Source of the DNA: Phoronis australis
Taxonomy: Eukaryota; Animalia; Phoronida
Assembly (NCBI GenBank): GCA_002633005.1
Contig: NMRA01000194.1
Location: 247,522-311,521, forward strand
Reading direction: 5' to 3'
Length of the DNA stretch: 64,000 nt
Of this stretch, positions 13,712 to 24,508 are shown in pieces. The number at the start of each line of letters is the position of its first letter. Within the stretch, counting starts at the first letter, position 1. The notes under the pieces are model-generated. The model was not told the origin of the DNA. It did not search any database and saw only the letters and a program-made list of their open reading frames with translations. Both the position numbers and the translations under genes were made by a program.

Positions 13712-14438
13712 TTGTTCACACCAAAGCGACAATTGCTTTTAAAACCTATTTAAAGGATGTCACTCTTGGTGTGAACAGTTTAAAACCGGTTTCAAAAAAA
13801 TTTAACTGCAGCGCAGTTATAACCCTCTGAGAGAATGGTTTAACGAGAGGTTATAACTTATAATCGTTGTGACTCGGATGAACAAGACTATTGCAAAAGT
13901 TATAATGCAGTAGGTGGCACTGTTGTCAAATATCGGGAAAAAATGGCGCACTGACGCACTAATTGGAAAGCGATTGCACTGCCGACTAGTGACNATAACT
14001 AGGTGGCTAAGATTTTCATGGTGTACATTAATGTATTGACATGTTCACACCAAAGCGACAATTGCTTTTAAAACCTATTTAAAGGATGTCACTCTTGGTG
14101 TGAACAGTTTAAAACCGGTTTCAAAAAAATTTAACTGCAGCGCAGTTATAACCCTCTGAGAGAATGGTTTAACGAGAGGTTATAACTTATAATCGTTGTG
14201 ACTCGGATGAACAAGACTATTGCAAAAGTTATAATGCAGTAGGTGGCACTGTTGTCAAATATCGGGAAAAAATGGCGCACTGACGCACTAATTGGAAAGC
14301 GATTGCACTGCCGACTAGTGACTAAAACCACGAACTAAGGTTACAACAGTTTTAAATAGCAGTGTGCACGGTAATGATAACGCATAACAGTTATAACTAT
14401 GCTAGGAAGAGTTTCAGTTTAGTTGGTATGAACACAGG
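13712..14438. mobile_element. Probable MITE (Harbinger-like ends), internally doubled at an assembly join
   Basis: tgttcacaccaa at left and ttggtatgaaca at right. 13671-13993 is repeated at 13995-14322 across an N. Confidence 0.45.
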
Positions 14439-15456
14439 GTAAGAAAAGATCATTTTTGCAGTGGGATAGAAGAAAACAGGCGAGTCAATCTTCAATCTAA
14501 AAAATATCACTATTATAAGTAATTCAGAGATAGAATTTTGTCATTGTTTTGCTATTTCTAAGGACACGTGCTGCCACTAAACGCCCACCGGTCTCCCTAT
14601 ATCTCACCTTTCTGGCATTTTCAACCAAATTCACTCATTCACTCCTTCCCGATGAGTGCAAACATATTTCAGATTACGCCACATGCAAAGCTGAACAATT
14701 AATTACATTTAGAACACTTTTTTCAAACAAACAAGTGGCCATCTTAAGTTAAAATTAACCTCTCAAATTTTGTCTTATCAAACAGCTTACGAGAAAGCAA
14801 TTTTGATTTCAAAAAGCCTCTAAACTGAAGAAGAGGGCAATTTAGCTAAATCACACGTTGTGAGATACTCGAACGTGATGAGTATCCTATTGATCTTACA
14901 GTTACTGCTTCAGGAACACAGTTCTAGAAACACTTCATCACCTTTAACAGCCATTTTCTCCCACATATACCGTACTACTTTAAACCACATTGTGTAGGCA
15001 AGACACTTGCCCAGACTTGAAATGACAGATAGCAACAAATCACGATATGAAAATATAATAAGAACTCAAAAAATAACCAAAAACAGGCGAGTCCAGAAGA
15101 ATATTCTGAGGAGCTAACGTCAAATAAAATAATAGCTCTAGGTTCTTTTCTAAAGCGTGCCACTGACAGCAGGCCAAGATTGGCAGAAAATTTCAACAAA
15201 CCCATCCCAAATGCTGCACCTGGAACTCAAGACAATTTTACCCAGGCAAAAATGCTTCGAGTTCAGAATAACACGTGCAGAGATTTTCGAAAAACTTACA
15301 AACCAAAATTTGAATTTCCATCATTCGCATACAATCAGGCAGCAACAATCTTAAAAGAAATTGGAGCAGCTGAACGCTTAACATCATCCCTACGTGTCAT
15401 GTGACCACAGATTTCGGGGACCCTTTAACCCATCACGTCACAGAACTCAGTCTCAC

Positions 15457-15630
15457 CTCTCTCCGCTCCCTTTCCAGTCTACACCTCCACAAGTTGACCG
15501 TTGTCAGAAACAGAACTAGGGTCAAGGCCAAAGCCACTGTCCACTGCTCGCTCATCAATGCATGACTATCGCCCGACTGATCACTGTTGGCTAGCCTCAC
15601 AACAAACAGCCACCAAGCAGACACGAGCAT
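15457..15630 (-). CDS. Candidate alternative first coding exon with a hydrophobic segment (MLVSAWW...MSEQWTVALALTLVLFLTTVNLWRCRLERERRE)
   Basis: ATGs at 15630 and 15555, open frame to donor GAG|gtgaga at 15456 (phase 0). About 20-aa hydrophobic stretch followed by basic residues. No copy elsewhere in the window. Confidence 0.55.
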
Positions 15631-16342
15631 GCCCACCACATTCAGACAGCTTCATGACTCCACTACATGTTCACGCGGATAAGTCTGGTGTAATGAGTCC
15701 AACTTGTTACGTAGACTTTAGAAGAAATCAATATGTCGACTCGCGTGATTCAAAACAATGCACATCGAAATCAATCACATAATCACCACTTAGAATGCCA
15801 CAGAATATGGTAGGTGGTTCCGCATGAAGGCCAGAAGAGAGTTGGCTATTTATAGACGGTCAGATATTTAGTAACCAATGCTTTCTTGAGATGACATTCA
15901 CAATTATAAACAAGTAATAATACACTATGCTCTAATCTAAGCTCACACTGTGAAGCTGCCAGTGATAAAGCTGCCACCTATGGTGAAGCATTTGAACCGA
16001 TAACACTGGGTAATGGGCAATTTTTCTGAAGTACTTTCACATTTCATCAAATACCTTTTTTATCTAACGGTAAATAACTTTTTATCAAATAACTTTTTAT
16101 CTGTCCCACTTCAACCTTTAAATGTTCATATTTTCTGAAACCTCGACTACTGAATAATCTTAATTCATGCCTTCGAATGTTCTAGTTGTTTCTAACTGTG
16201 TAAAAGCCATTTTTGTGAAAATTGTCATTCTAGAAACCTTTACTGCTGACAATGTACTCTTACTGTCAATAAACAGGGAACCATATTTCAGATTTTTATT
16301 GAAACTCAAACTGTAGAGATGTCACCCACCAAAACCCTTTAA

Positions 16343-16717
16343 AAGGATACTAAACCCCCAATTTGATGATTTCAACCAATCCTCGTTCTGTCACCTGGTA
16401 ATGCACCACTGGCATCAATCTTCCAAGTTAACGACAGGAATCAACAAAAAACTCGGGTTGCCTATGTCACAGGTAGGACATTATGGACAATGGTCCTTAG
16501 TGGGTGGTCTTTTCCCATAGTTGCCATGTAATTTACTAAAAGCTAAAAGCGTAGGTCACCCTTGCTTGTTTAGCAGACTTTGAAAGAAGTTTTAAAATTT
16601 TCCTCCAAACTTTTGAGGGTTGTCGAGGTTTACAGTGTATTATTCTGTTTCAGAGGACTGGATGGAAAAGTCATTTTTAGTATCCGTTAATAGGCCAAAA
16701 CCAGGTTTGGTATCATT
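16343..16717. mobile_element. Kolobok-like MITE
   Basis: TTAA|AAGGATACTAAACC ... GGTTTGGTATCATT|TTAA; 12/14 inverted match with TTAA on both sides. Confidence 0.5.
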
Positions 16718-18194
16718 TTAAATGAGGTCACAAATCTTCATTTCTGACAACCGATATCTCCGCAGTTCGAAAGTAAATCAAAACTCTCAAACACACATTG
16801 CCTGGTCATAGACCATCAAATAAATGACATCGTGCAAAAATTCATTGAAATCGAATCATGCAAGAAAGAGTAATCGATGACTGTTCAAATCTGCTACAAA
16901 AGTCTTGACAATCAAAAAGCCTGAAAATGGCCAAAAAGACTGGCTGTAGAATTGAAATTGACGCGAGTTGTACCAAAGAATTCGTATATTTGGCGTCTGA
17001 ATAATCCGTTTTAAGAAAAGTTATGTGTGGTCAAGACAAACATAGAGCAACTTCTGTACAAGATGTGAATGTCGGATTTTTGAAGAAACTTCCACCAAGA
17101 TTACCAGTCACCACAAAACAGTTAAGTGCACCTTTGCCCTTCACATACGCCATAAAATCTTAACAATATAGGACACACTATGGCAGACAAGTGAAATTTT
17201 ATTTTTTTCCATGAAAGATGGGCAGCACTAAAGTAACAATGCTTTAACATGTTCGAGGTCTGCAGCACATAAAAAATAATTACAGGCAGTCTGGTATACG
17301 TTGTACCTGAGTCTGCATCATGGCTACCACCAGACAATACTGCGACAAATTGTGGACACTCACAACAATGATAGAAGCCTATGAGAAATGAATGAAGGGC
17401 TACCATATTACCTTAACTGTTTTTGTCCAAAAGTGGTGAGATTTTACCACAAAAACTTCATCCAGGCACTCTACAGTGCACTTCATCTAGGCACTCTACA
17501 GTGCACTTCATCTAGGCACTCTACAGTAAACGTCATCTACACTCATGCATTACTAAAAAGTGGCCATTTCAATCTGGCTACAAAAGAAAAAATACGAGAT
17601 ATGACTCACATCAAAATAGTGTTTTAAATAAAAATTTCAAAAACACCTCAAAAGTACAGCCTTAAAAATCAGGACATGACTTTTCAGTTTTTCAGTAGTT
17701 GAAGTTACGATTAGGATATATGTCACTGCTACTCAATATTGAAACCTCCTGTTCAACACTCCAATAGAACTGGGCAGGAGAGCATGCATGGGATAGTCAT
17801 GCCCTCTGGTGGGCATACACATAAACTGAGAACACTTAACGATACCTGAACAAAACTTGCAACAAAACATATTTAACAAGGCTGCGTTTCATAGACCCAG
17901 AACACTAGTATGATGGTGCACTTTACACGTAATCTGTGATGATCTCACGAAGACTCGCATGATTTTGCGTTTTCGTGAGATTCATTTATTGACAGAGCAC
18001 AGCCCAGGACAAACTAGAACTTAAAAGAGCCAAACCTACCAAAGCACAAGACTGGAACTAACTAAATTATAAAATGTTCATTCATACACACATAACGTCC
18101 ATGTGATAATTTAACACAAATAGGATATAACGTAACACTTGTCTAGAATTCAAACCAAAACAACTCAATAGTGAACAATAATTTACATACTGAC

Positions 18195-18203
18195 CTGCAG
18201 TCT
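18195..18203 (-). CDS. 9-nt microexon AGACTGCAG (RLQ)
   Basis: Long AG-free pyrimidine tract (tctttcttttttcatccctttttgtttttgttttaacag), then 9 nt, then donor CAG|gtcagt. Frame-preserving, phase 0/0. Confidence 0.7.
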
Positions 18204-20516
18204 CTGTTAAAACAAAAACAAAAAGGGATGAAAAAAGAAAGACGGATTAAATGAGACGACACTACGATACGTTCTACAATAAGTTTTTGTTAGTAACTCA
18301 TTACGAGAAATCTTGGCAGTTTCATTCAGATGCCAGTTTGGAAACTCCACAAAGACCCACCTACCATTGACTCAAACACCAGCATATTAACCAAGCCCAC
18401 ACTTTCAACCTTTAATTACAAAATAAACAGTTTTAGCGTTCTTAACATGTGTCAGAATAGACACTCCGGACTAGGTTCGAGTTTATTATCGCTATAACGC
18501 TAGATTCCGCAAGATATCAAGACTGTGTACTTTTAATAAGAGCACATTACTTTAGCGAGATTTTTTTGCCACGAGACAGTAATAATGAACTTAACTCAGA
18601 TCAGTCCCAACAGACATGTTGGATTTTGGCACATCAAAATACTATTCAGAGTTCACTCTTAAGCAATTGCAATTTTTTCCTAAATCTTGCACATTACTGC
18701 GTCTCAAATGTGCTTCACAATGTTTCCATATCAGAAATCTTGACAATAACTGCTGATGCAAACATGTCCTACTATGTCATATAGCATTATACTTACACTC
18801 TATTATGAATTTTGGACTTCTAACAAATTTATGTGGTTAGCGCTAAATCGGACAACTTAATCTTAGTCTNAATGAAGAATATAAATCGGTAAATAAAACA
18901 ACAAGAATGGATCAACTGAAATTTGAAATTTTCGGAGGTAACAACTTCCTTTATCAACAAAAACAGAAATAAAGACTTCTAACAAATTTATGTGGTTAGC
19001 GCTAAATCGGACAACTTAATCTTAGTCTGAAATTATATACACGCATGTAAATATAACATAGAATGAAAGTCTCGGTCAAAATGGAATAATGACAAGCAAG
19101 CTCACTACTTACCAATCAGATTTGTTTTCACAGTAGACTTACTTAATTATTACTTAATGGCATACTTTGCTGTTTTGACACTGGTCAGTATGTCAAACTT
19201 TCGTTTATTGATTTTTTTTCTTAGTTTTCGCATTTTTGTCAAAATCAAACTATAGTTTTACAAATTTTATTTATAAATAACATTTCAATTATATTTGTGT
19301 GGATACCGTGATGACTGTTTCAGCATTATAATATGGAGAAAAAAATTTCATAGGGGTCGTCACAAGGGAGCCAACTTCAGCCATTCACCAAGTGATAAAA
19401 TACAGACAGTTAAATCATCATTATAAGATTCCCAAGGCATAACTCTGAAACCCCAGCACTTTATCTCGGTTTAACTAACTACAATACAAGACAAAAGTAA
19501 TCGGACAAACTACGGCTTCCTCATCATCACCACTAATTCTTTGAACAGTAAAAGTGACTGAGGCAGCAAATTGTATTTACAGACAGATCTAGCCACCTTA
19601 GTAACTTTCTAATTAACTCCCCCTCATTCTCAGTCATTAGGTAAGGCTACACTGGTTAGAAGTTCACCTTCTACTCAGCCATCATGAGGGGGAATTGTAA
19701 GATATTTTGTCCGAATACTTTTGGCCTCAACTGTAGTTACTATACATTAATTTGGAAGTCTTGCCAACAGCCTCTAGTAAATTTGGGTACTTAGCATACC
19801 TGAAGCCGCCAGGCAAAACCCACCTTCTGGTGAAAATCACTTTTGGTGTAGACGGCTTAGCATTATAAGCTTGGTACTAACATGTACCTTATTCGGATCT
19901 GAGAGGCGTTTTCCGGGCACAGGCAAAACTGACAATTCTGATTGGTGGACACAAGTCTCACTAGAATAGCACAACAGCACCAGTAATTTTATGCCCTGAG
20001 CACGGTTTCAAGCAATAACAAATATAGGTTATTCCCGAGAGCGAAAACAAATTTTTAGCGCCTGCAACAAGTTGTGACCAAGCCTGCAGTACATAGGCAT
20101 AAGAAACTGGCGAAAATGCAAGATGACGCAAGCCTTCGTAAGAAATTGCAATGCGTTATGAACAAAGGATAAAAGCACACAGGCTTTTGACATGATTACT
20201 TCTTGGGGCTATGAAAAGCAGCTGATTTTGATCATCACCGAAGCGCTTTTCGCATTTAGGAAATCTTTACAGTTTGTCACTGCTCAAGACGAGGCTCAAT
20301 ACATTGGTTCAACAAGGCTTTTATTTGTTCAGCATGGGCTAAAGCGTTAACAGACCCGCATCAGTTCTTTTCAATCCCAGAAGTCATTTTTGACCTTAAC
20401 AAAATAAGAAACATTTTATCAACCAAGTGTTCTAAACCAAAAGGTAGTTTTTGACAGAAGGTGGATATGTAGCACCTTTAATTAAGGTCTACAGCGGACA
20501 CCAACAGGCCACTCAC

Positions 20517-20654
20517 CATCATGGTCTTGCTCTTGCTGCGGGATAGTTCCTGTTGCAGACGTGCTATGGTGATCTTCTCTCGTCTGCTCATCTGACGCTC
20601 CTCAGTCAACTGCCGCTGCAGCTCATGCAGACGACGCTCCAATGAGACCATGTC
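20517..20654 (-). CDS. NCKAP5: Internal coding exon, coiled coil DMVSLERRLHELQRQLTEERQMSRREKITIARLQQELSRSKSKTMM; NCKAP5-like N-terminal region
   Basis: Acceptor tgttgtcatttgtag and donor ATG|gtgagt; 138 nt, phase 0/0, heptad pattern. The motif REKITIARLQQE resembles my recollection of vertebrate NCKAP5 REKLAVARLQRE. Exon confidence is high and gene identity moderate. Confidence 0.65.
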
Positions 20655-20999
20655 CTACAAATGACAACAGATGGCAACAGTGTACTGATGATCAGTTCAT
20701 GGTAAATATTCTCGGCACACGTGTCTAGCTCAGACTTCACCCACCAAAAGTAAAGCTTATTCAATTTAGAAAACAAAATGGCAACAAAGGGAATTTTGTT
20801 TCATCAAATTTCGCAACAAAACGAAGGGAAAATGTCATCTTATGCTAGCAGATTGGGCACATCCATCAGCAAACTACAGGTTTTGAAATTCTGAGCAGTT
20901 CACAATGCAATGGAAAACCGCAATTTTGGCAAATATTTGGAGGAAATTTACTCCACACGAAAATTATATTAAAGCATCAGCTTCGGCGTTTTAAGATTT

Positions 21000-22984
21000 A
21001 ACAAGAGCAACGCAGAGCGTTGAAATGCGCCCACAATTGCACCGCATACGGTATCCTTCTAGGGTTGTTTATTGGTACCATAAAGTGGCCAGTAGAGGGC
21101 ATATATGTAGTATGTTGTACTTTGCAAAATGGAAAGGCATGGTCATTGTCTCCTCAATAGGCTAGGGGCAAAATGTGAGTAATCTTCATAATACAAGCAC
21201 ATCCTATACACCAGTTGCTTAAAGCACCACAGAAACATAGAATTAAAAACAAATTTACCAACATACGAGATTAGCACAGCATTAGAATGCCAGAAACAAA
21301 TTTCTACTTGGAACTTTTCCTTCACAGTCACGAAGTAACACAAAGTATACACCTGAAGACCTATGAAAATACAGAGGTCAATGTAAAATACTAAAATTGC
21401 CACTAGAGGCAAATACTAAAATTGCCACTAGAGGCATACCGGTAATCAGAATCATCCTAAAGTCGTCATCGTCCGTTGTCAACATCACATAAATACACTT
21501 GCTAAATTTAGTAAAGATCCTGCAAACGGTTTGGGAGATACAGCCATGGGCGCAAAAAAACAAAACTGCCACTAGGAGGCGCCACAGTAGTCCAAATCGT
21601 CTGAAAATCATTGTCAGCTGTCTTCCTTATAGTAAGCACATACACGCCAATTTTCACAATCATCCTTTGAGCGGTTTGGTTGATAGAGGGGTGGACGCAA
21701 AAATACAGACTCGAAAACAGTAAAAATGGCCACTAGGTGGCGCAAACTACGTCGAATCCATCTGAAAACAGTAGGATAGCGTCATCTCACTAATAGGTGC
21801 CTACATACCAAATTTCATGAAAATCCGTTCAATACTTTTGAAGATACAAAGGTAAGCGTAAAAAACTAAAATTGCCACTAGGGGGCACACCGGTAGTCGG
21901 ATCCGACCAAAAGTCGTCATCTTCCGTTGTTAACATCATATAAATATACTTACACAATTTGTAAAGATCCTGCGAACGGTTTAGGAGATACAGCCATAGG
22001 CGCAAAAAAACAAAACTGCCACTAGGAGGCGCCACAGTAGTCGAAATCGTCGGAAAATCATCGTCAACCGTCCTCTACATAGTAAGCATATACATGCCAA
22101 TTTTCACAATCATCCTTTGAGCGGTTTGGTTGATAGAGGGGTGGACGCACAAAAACAGACTCGAAAACACTAAAAATGGCCACTAGGTGGCGCAAACTAT
22201 GTCGAATCCATCTGAAAACGGGAGGATAGCGTCATCTCACTAATAGGTGCCTACATACCAAATTTCATGAAAATCCAATAAGGACTTGTGAAGATACAAA
22301 GGTAAGCGTAAAAAAATTAAAATTGCCACTAGGGGGCACACCGGTAGTCGGATCCGTCCAAAAGTCGTCATCTTCCGTTGTTAACATCATATAAATATAC
22401 TTACACAATTTCGTAAAGATCCTGCGAACGGTTTAGGAGATACAGCCATAGGCGAAAAAAAAAACAAAACTGCCACTAGGAGGCGCCACAGTAGTCGAAA
22501 TCGTCGGAAAATCATCGTCAACCGTCCTCTACATAGTAAGCACATACATGCCAATTTTCACAATCATCCTTTGAGCGGTTTGGTTGATAGAGGGGTGGAA
22601 GCACAAAAACAGACTCGAAAACACTAAAAATGGCCACTAGGTGGCGCAAACTATGTCGAATCCATCCGAAAACGGCAGGATAGCGTCATCTCACTACTAG
22701 GTGCCTACATACCAAATTTCATGAAAATCCGTTCAGGACTTTTGAAGATACAAAGGTAAGCTTAAAAAACTAAAATTGCCACTAGTGGGCACACCGGTAG
22801 TCGGATCCGTCCGAAAGTTCGCACATGCCGTCCCATTCATGAATGAAACATATCTGCCAAATTTCATGAACGTATGTCAAAGGGTTTTGGAGATAGAGCA
22901 GCGGACGCCGGACGCCAGACGCCGGACGGACGCCGCCCGGACGGACGGACGGACAGAGATGACGGCATAATGCGTCCATAAAAA
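21000..22984 (-). mobile_element. Helentron-associated / DINE-1-like element with internal tandem array
   Basis: On the minus strand: T-run, (GTCC)n microsatellite (22920-22955), about 451-bp tandem units, 3' subTIR TGTGGGCGCAT, hairpin CAACGCtctGCGTTG and CTCTTGTT end. Near-identical inverted copy at 63613-64000. Confidence 0.85.
21388..22900 (+). repeat. About 451-bp higher-order tandem repeat (about 3.3 units) built from three about 150-bp subunits, each with a CTCF-consensus motif
   Basis: Unit anchor attgccacta at 21421, 21871, 22322 and 22775. Motifs CCACTAGGGGGCA, CCACTAGGAGGCG and CCACTAGGTGGCG. Confidence 0.9.
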
Positions 22985-24019
22985 CCTTGCAATTTGATTT
23001 CAAGTTCTACTCAAACTGACCAGAATAGGGCACGTGGTTTCCAAAAAAAGCCCCCAAAGTGATTTAGTGACCACAAACAGATGTCAGGGGGCTCTTTCAG
23101 AAAAAAGTGACAGATCACTTTTGGAAACTTGAATTGTTTACCATAGCAACCTCACTTCGCAGTGGGCTTTAGAACATTTTAAGAGCAAGTATGTGACTGC
23201 ACTAGAAATTAAAAAGCTCAACTTTGAGATCAGATGGTAGCATGGGAGGCAATGATGTATTCCTACCTACATTTCAATTTTGGTTAACTTGAAATTCCAG
23301 CCAGGGTTAACTTAAGTGACAGTTTGCCTTCAGTAAGAGTAGTGCCGCCTTCGTTGATAAGTAATTGATAAAACTGAAAAATTTTAAGTTATTTCAACGA
23401 CCAAAATTGAGCAAACAATGACTTTTCGCCACATTTTCCGTACCTCTGTCCTGAGCCAGAAATGAAAAACAATCCCGGAGGAGCACACATGGTGGCTCTT
23501 TTGATCCTAGTTTCTGGAGAGCCCTCTGTGGGGGCCTTACATTTGTGGTAATTCTTTCACAAATCCTCTGGTAAAGAACAGTAGTTGTCTATTTTGACCT
23601 TAGCTAAAACAATTAGCCTTTGTGAAAACATTCCAGTGAAACAAAACACAGCTTGTTAGAAAAAAAGAAACCAGCTTTTACTTCCTAGTCCCAGAAGGGA
23701 AAACAAATTTTGTTAATCAACTGAACCAAGCAACTTAAATAGAAGCATATGACAGAGAGGACTGTGGGTAGTTTTGGGTGAGGTGACAATTTTTGACAAC
23801 ATCTCCCACAAACATAAACTAAAGCAGCTGGATGTTTCATCTTATGGTGGACACTCAAGTTTTAGACATAGAGTATGAGTGAAAACTTTTAGTTAGGTGA
23901 AATAGCACAATTGGTTCTAGTCTTTTTAAATAGCGAAGCAAGAGGATTTTTAGTTGTTAGTATTTTCAAAAATAAAGTCACCAGGTGTCTACTTCATGAT
24001 AGTTGCTTAAGACTTAATT

Positions 24020-24508
24020 GCCTTTCATACTAACGTCAACGGGTCGATGTTTTGGGAATTGCGGTCAGTATGAACGGTTAACTTCAGTCCTGGATCGAAG
24101 TTAACAGCGAACTAAACAGGTGGATATAATATCGGAGCGTCAACGCTGCGGTTGCAGTGTGAATGGTCAACTTCCGTCCCATCAAAGTTATCGCCAAGTG
24201 CCACTATTATCATCAACAATTAAAGGGTAGTGTAGGCGCTAATAGTTATTATATTTAGCTCGAATAATAACCAATCGAATTAAAAATAAGTTTTATGTCA
24301 ATTAGCACACGTAAATGTATCCAAATTGTTTCATTTAAAAAATCTTAGCGGGCAGTGCTACTTCGCGATTACGTTGATGGCAGTAGCCTCACCTACAGTT
24401 TACTTCGATGTCTATTAACTACCTGAGCCACTACGAACGGTTTAGTTAACTTCGCAGTTTACATCGACGCTCTGCTCAGACTGGAGTTAAGTCAGTATGA
24501 AAAGGCCT
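24020..24508. mobile_element. PIF/Harbinger-like MITE
   Basis: gcctttcatactaac ... gtcagtatgaaaaggc inverted ends, with internal gttaacttc/gaagttaac motifs. Confidence 0.55.

Noticed and set aside
13671-14322. About 325-bp tandem duplication
   Set aside because: Junction is exactly an N at 13994; assembly overlap.
18815-19028. 55-bp direct repeat
   Set aside because: Adjacent to an N at 18870; same artefact.
21388-22900. CRISPR-like regular motif spacing
   Set aside because: Spacers repeat every third unit rather than being unique, there are no cas genes, and the context is eukaryotic.
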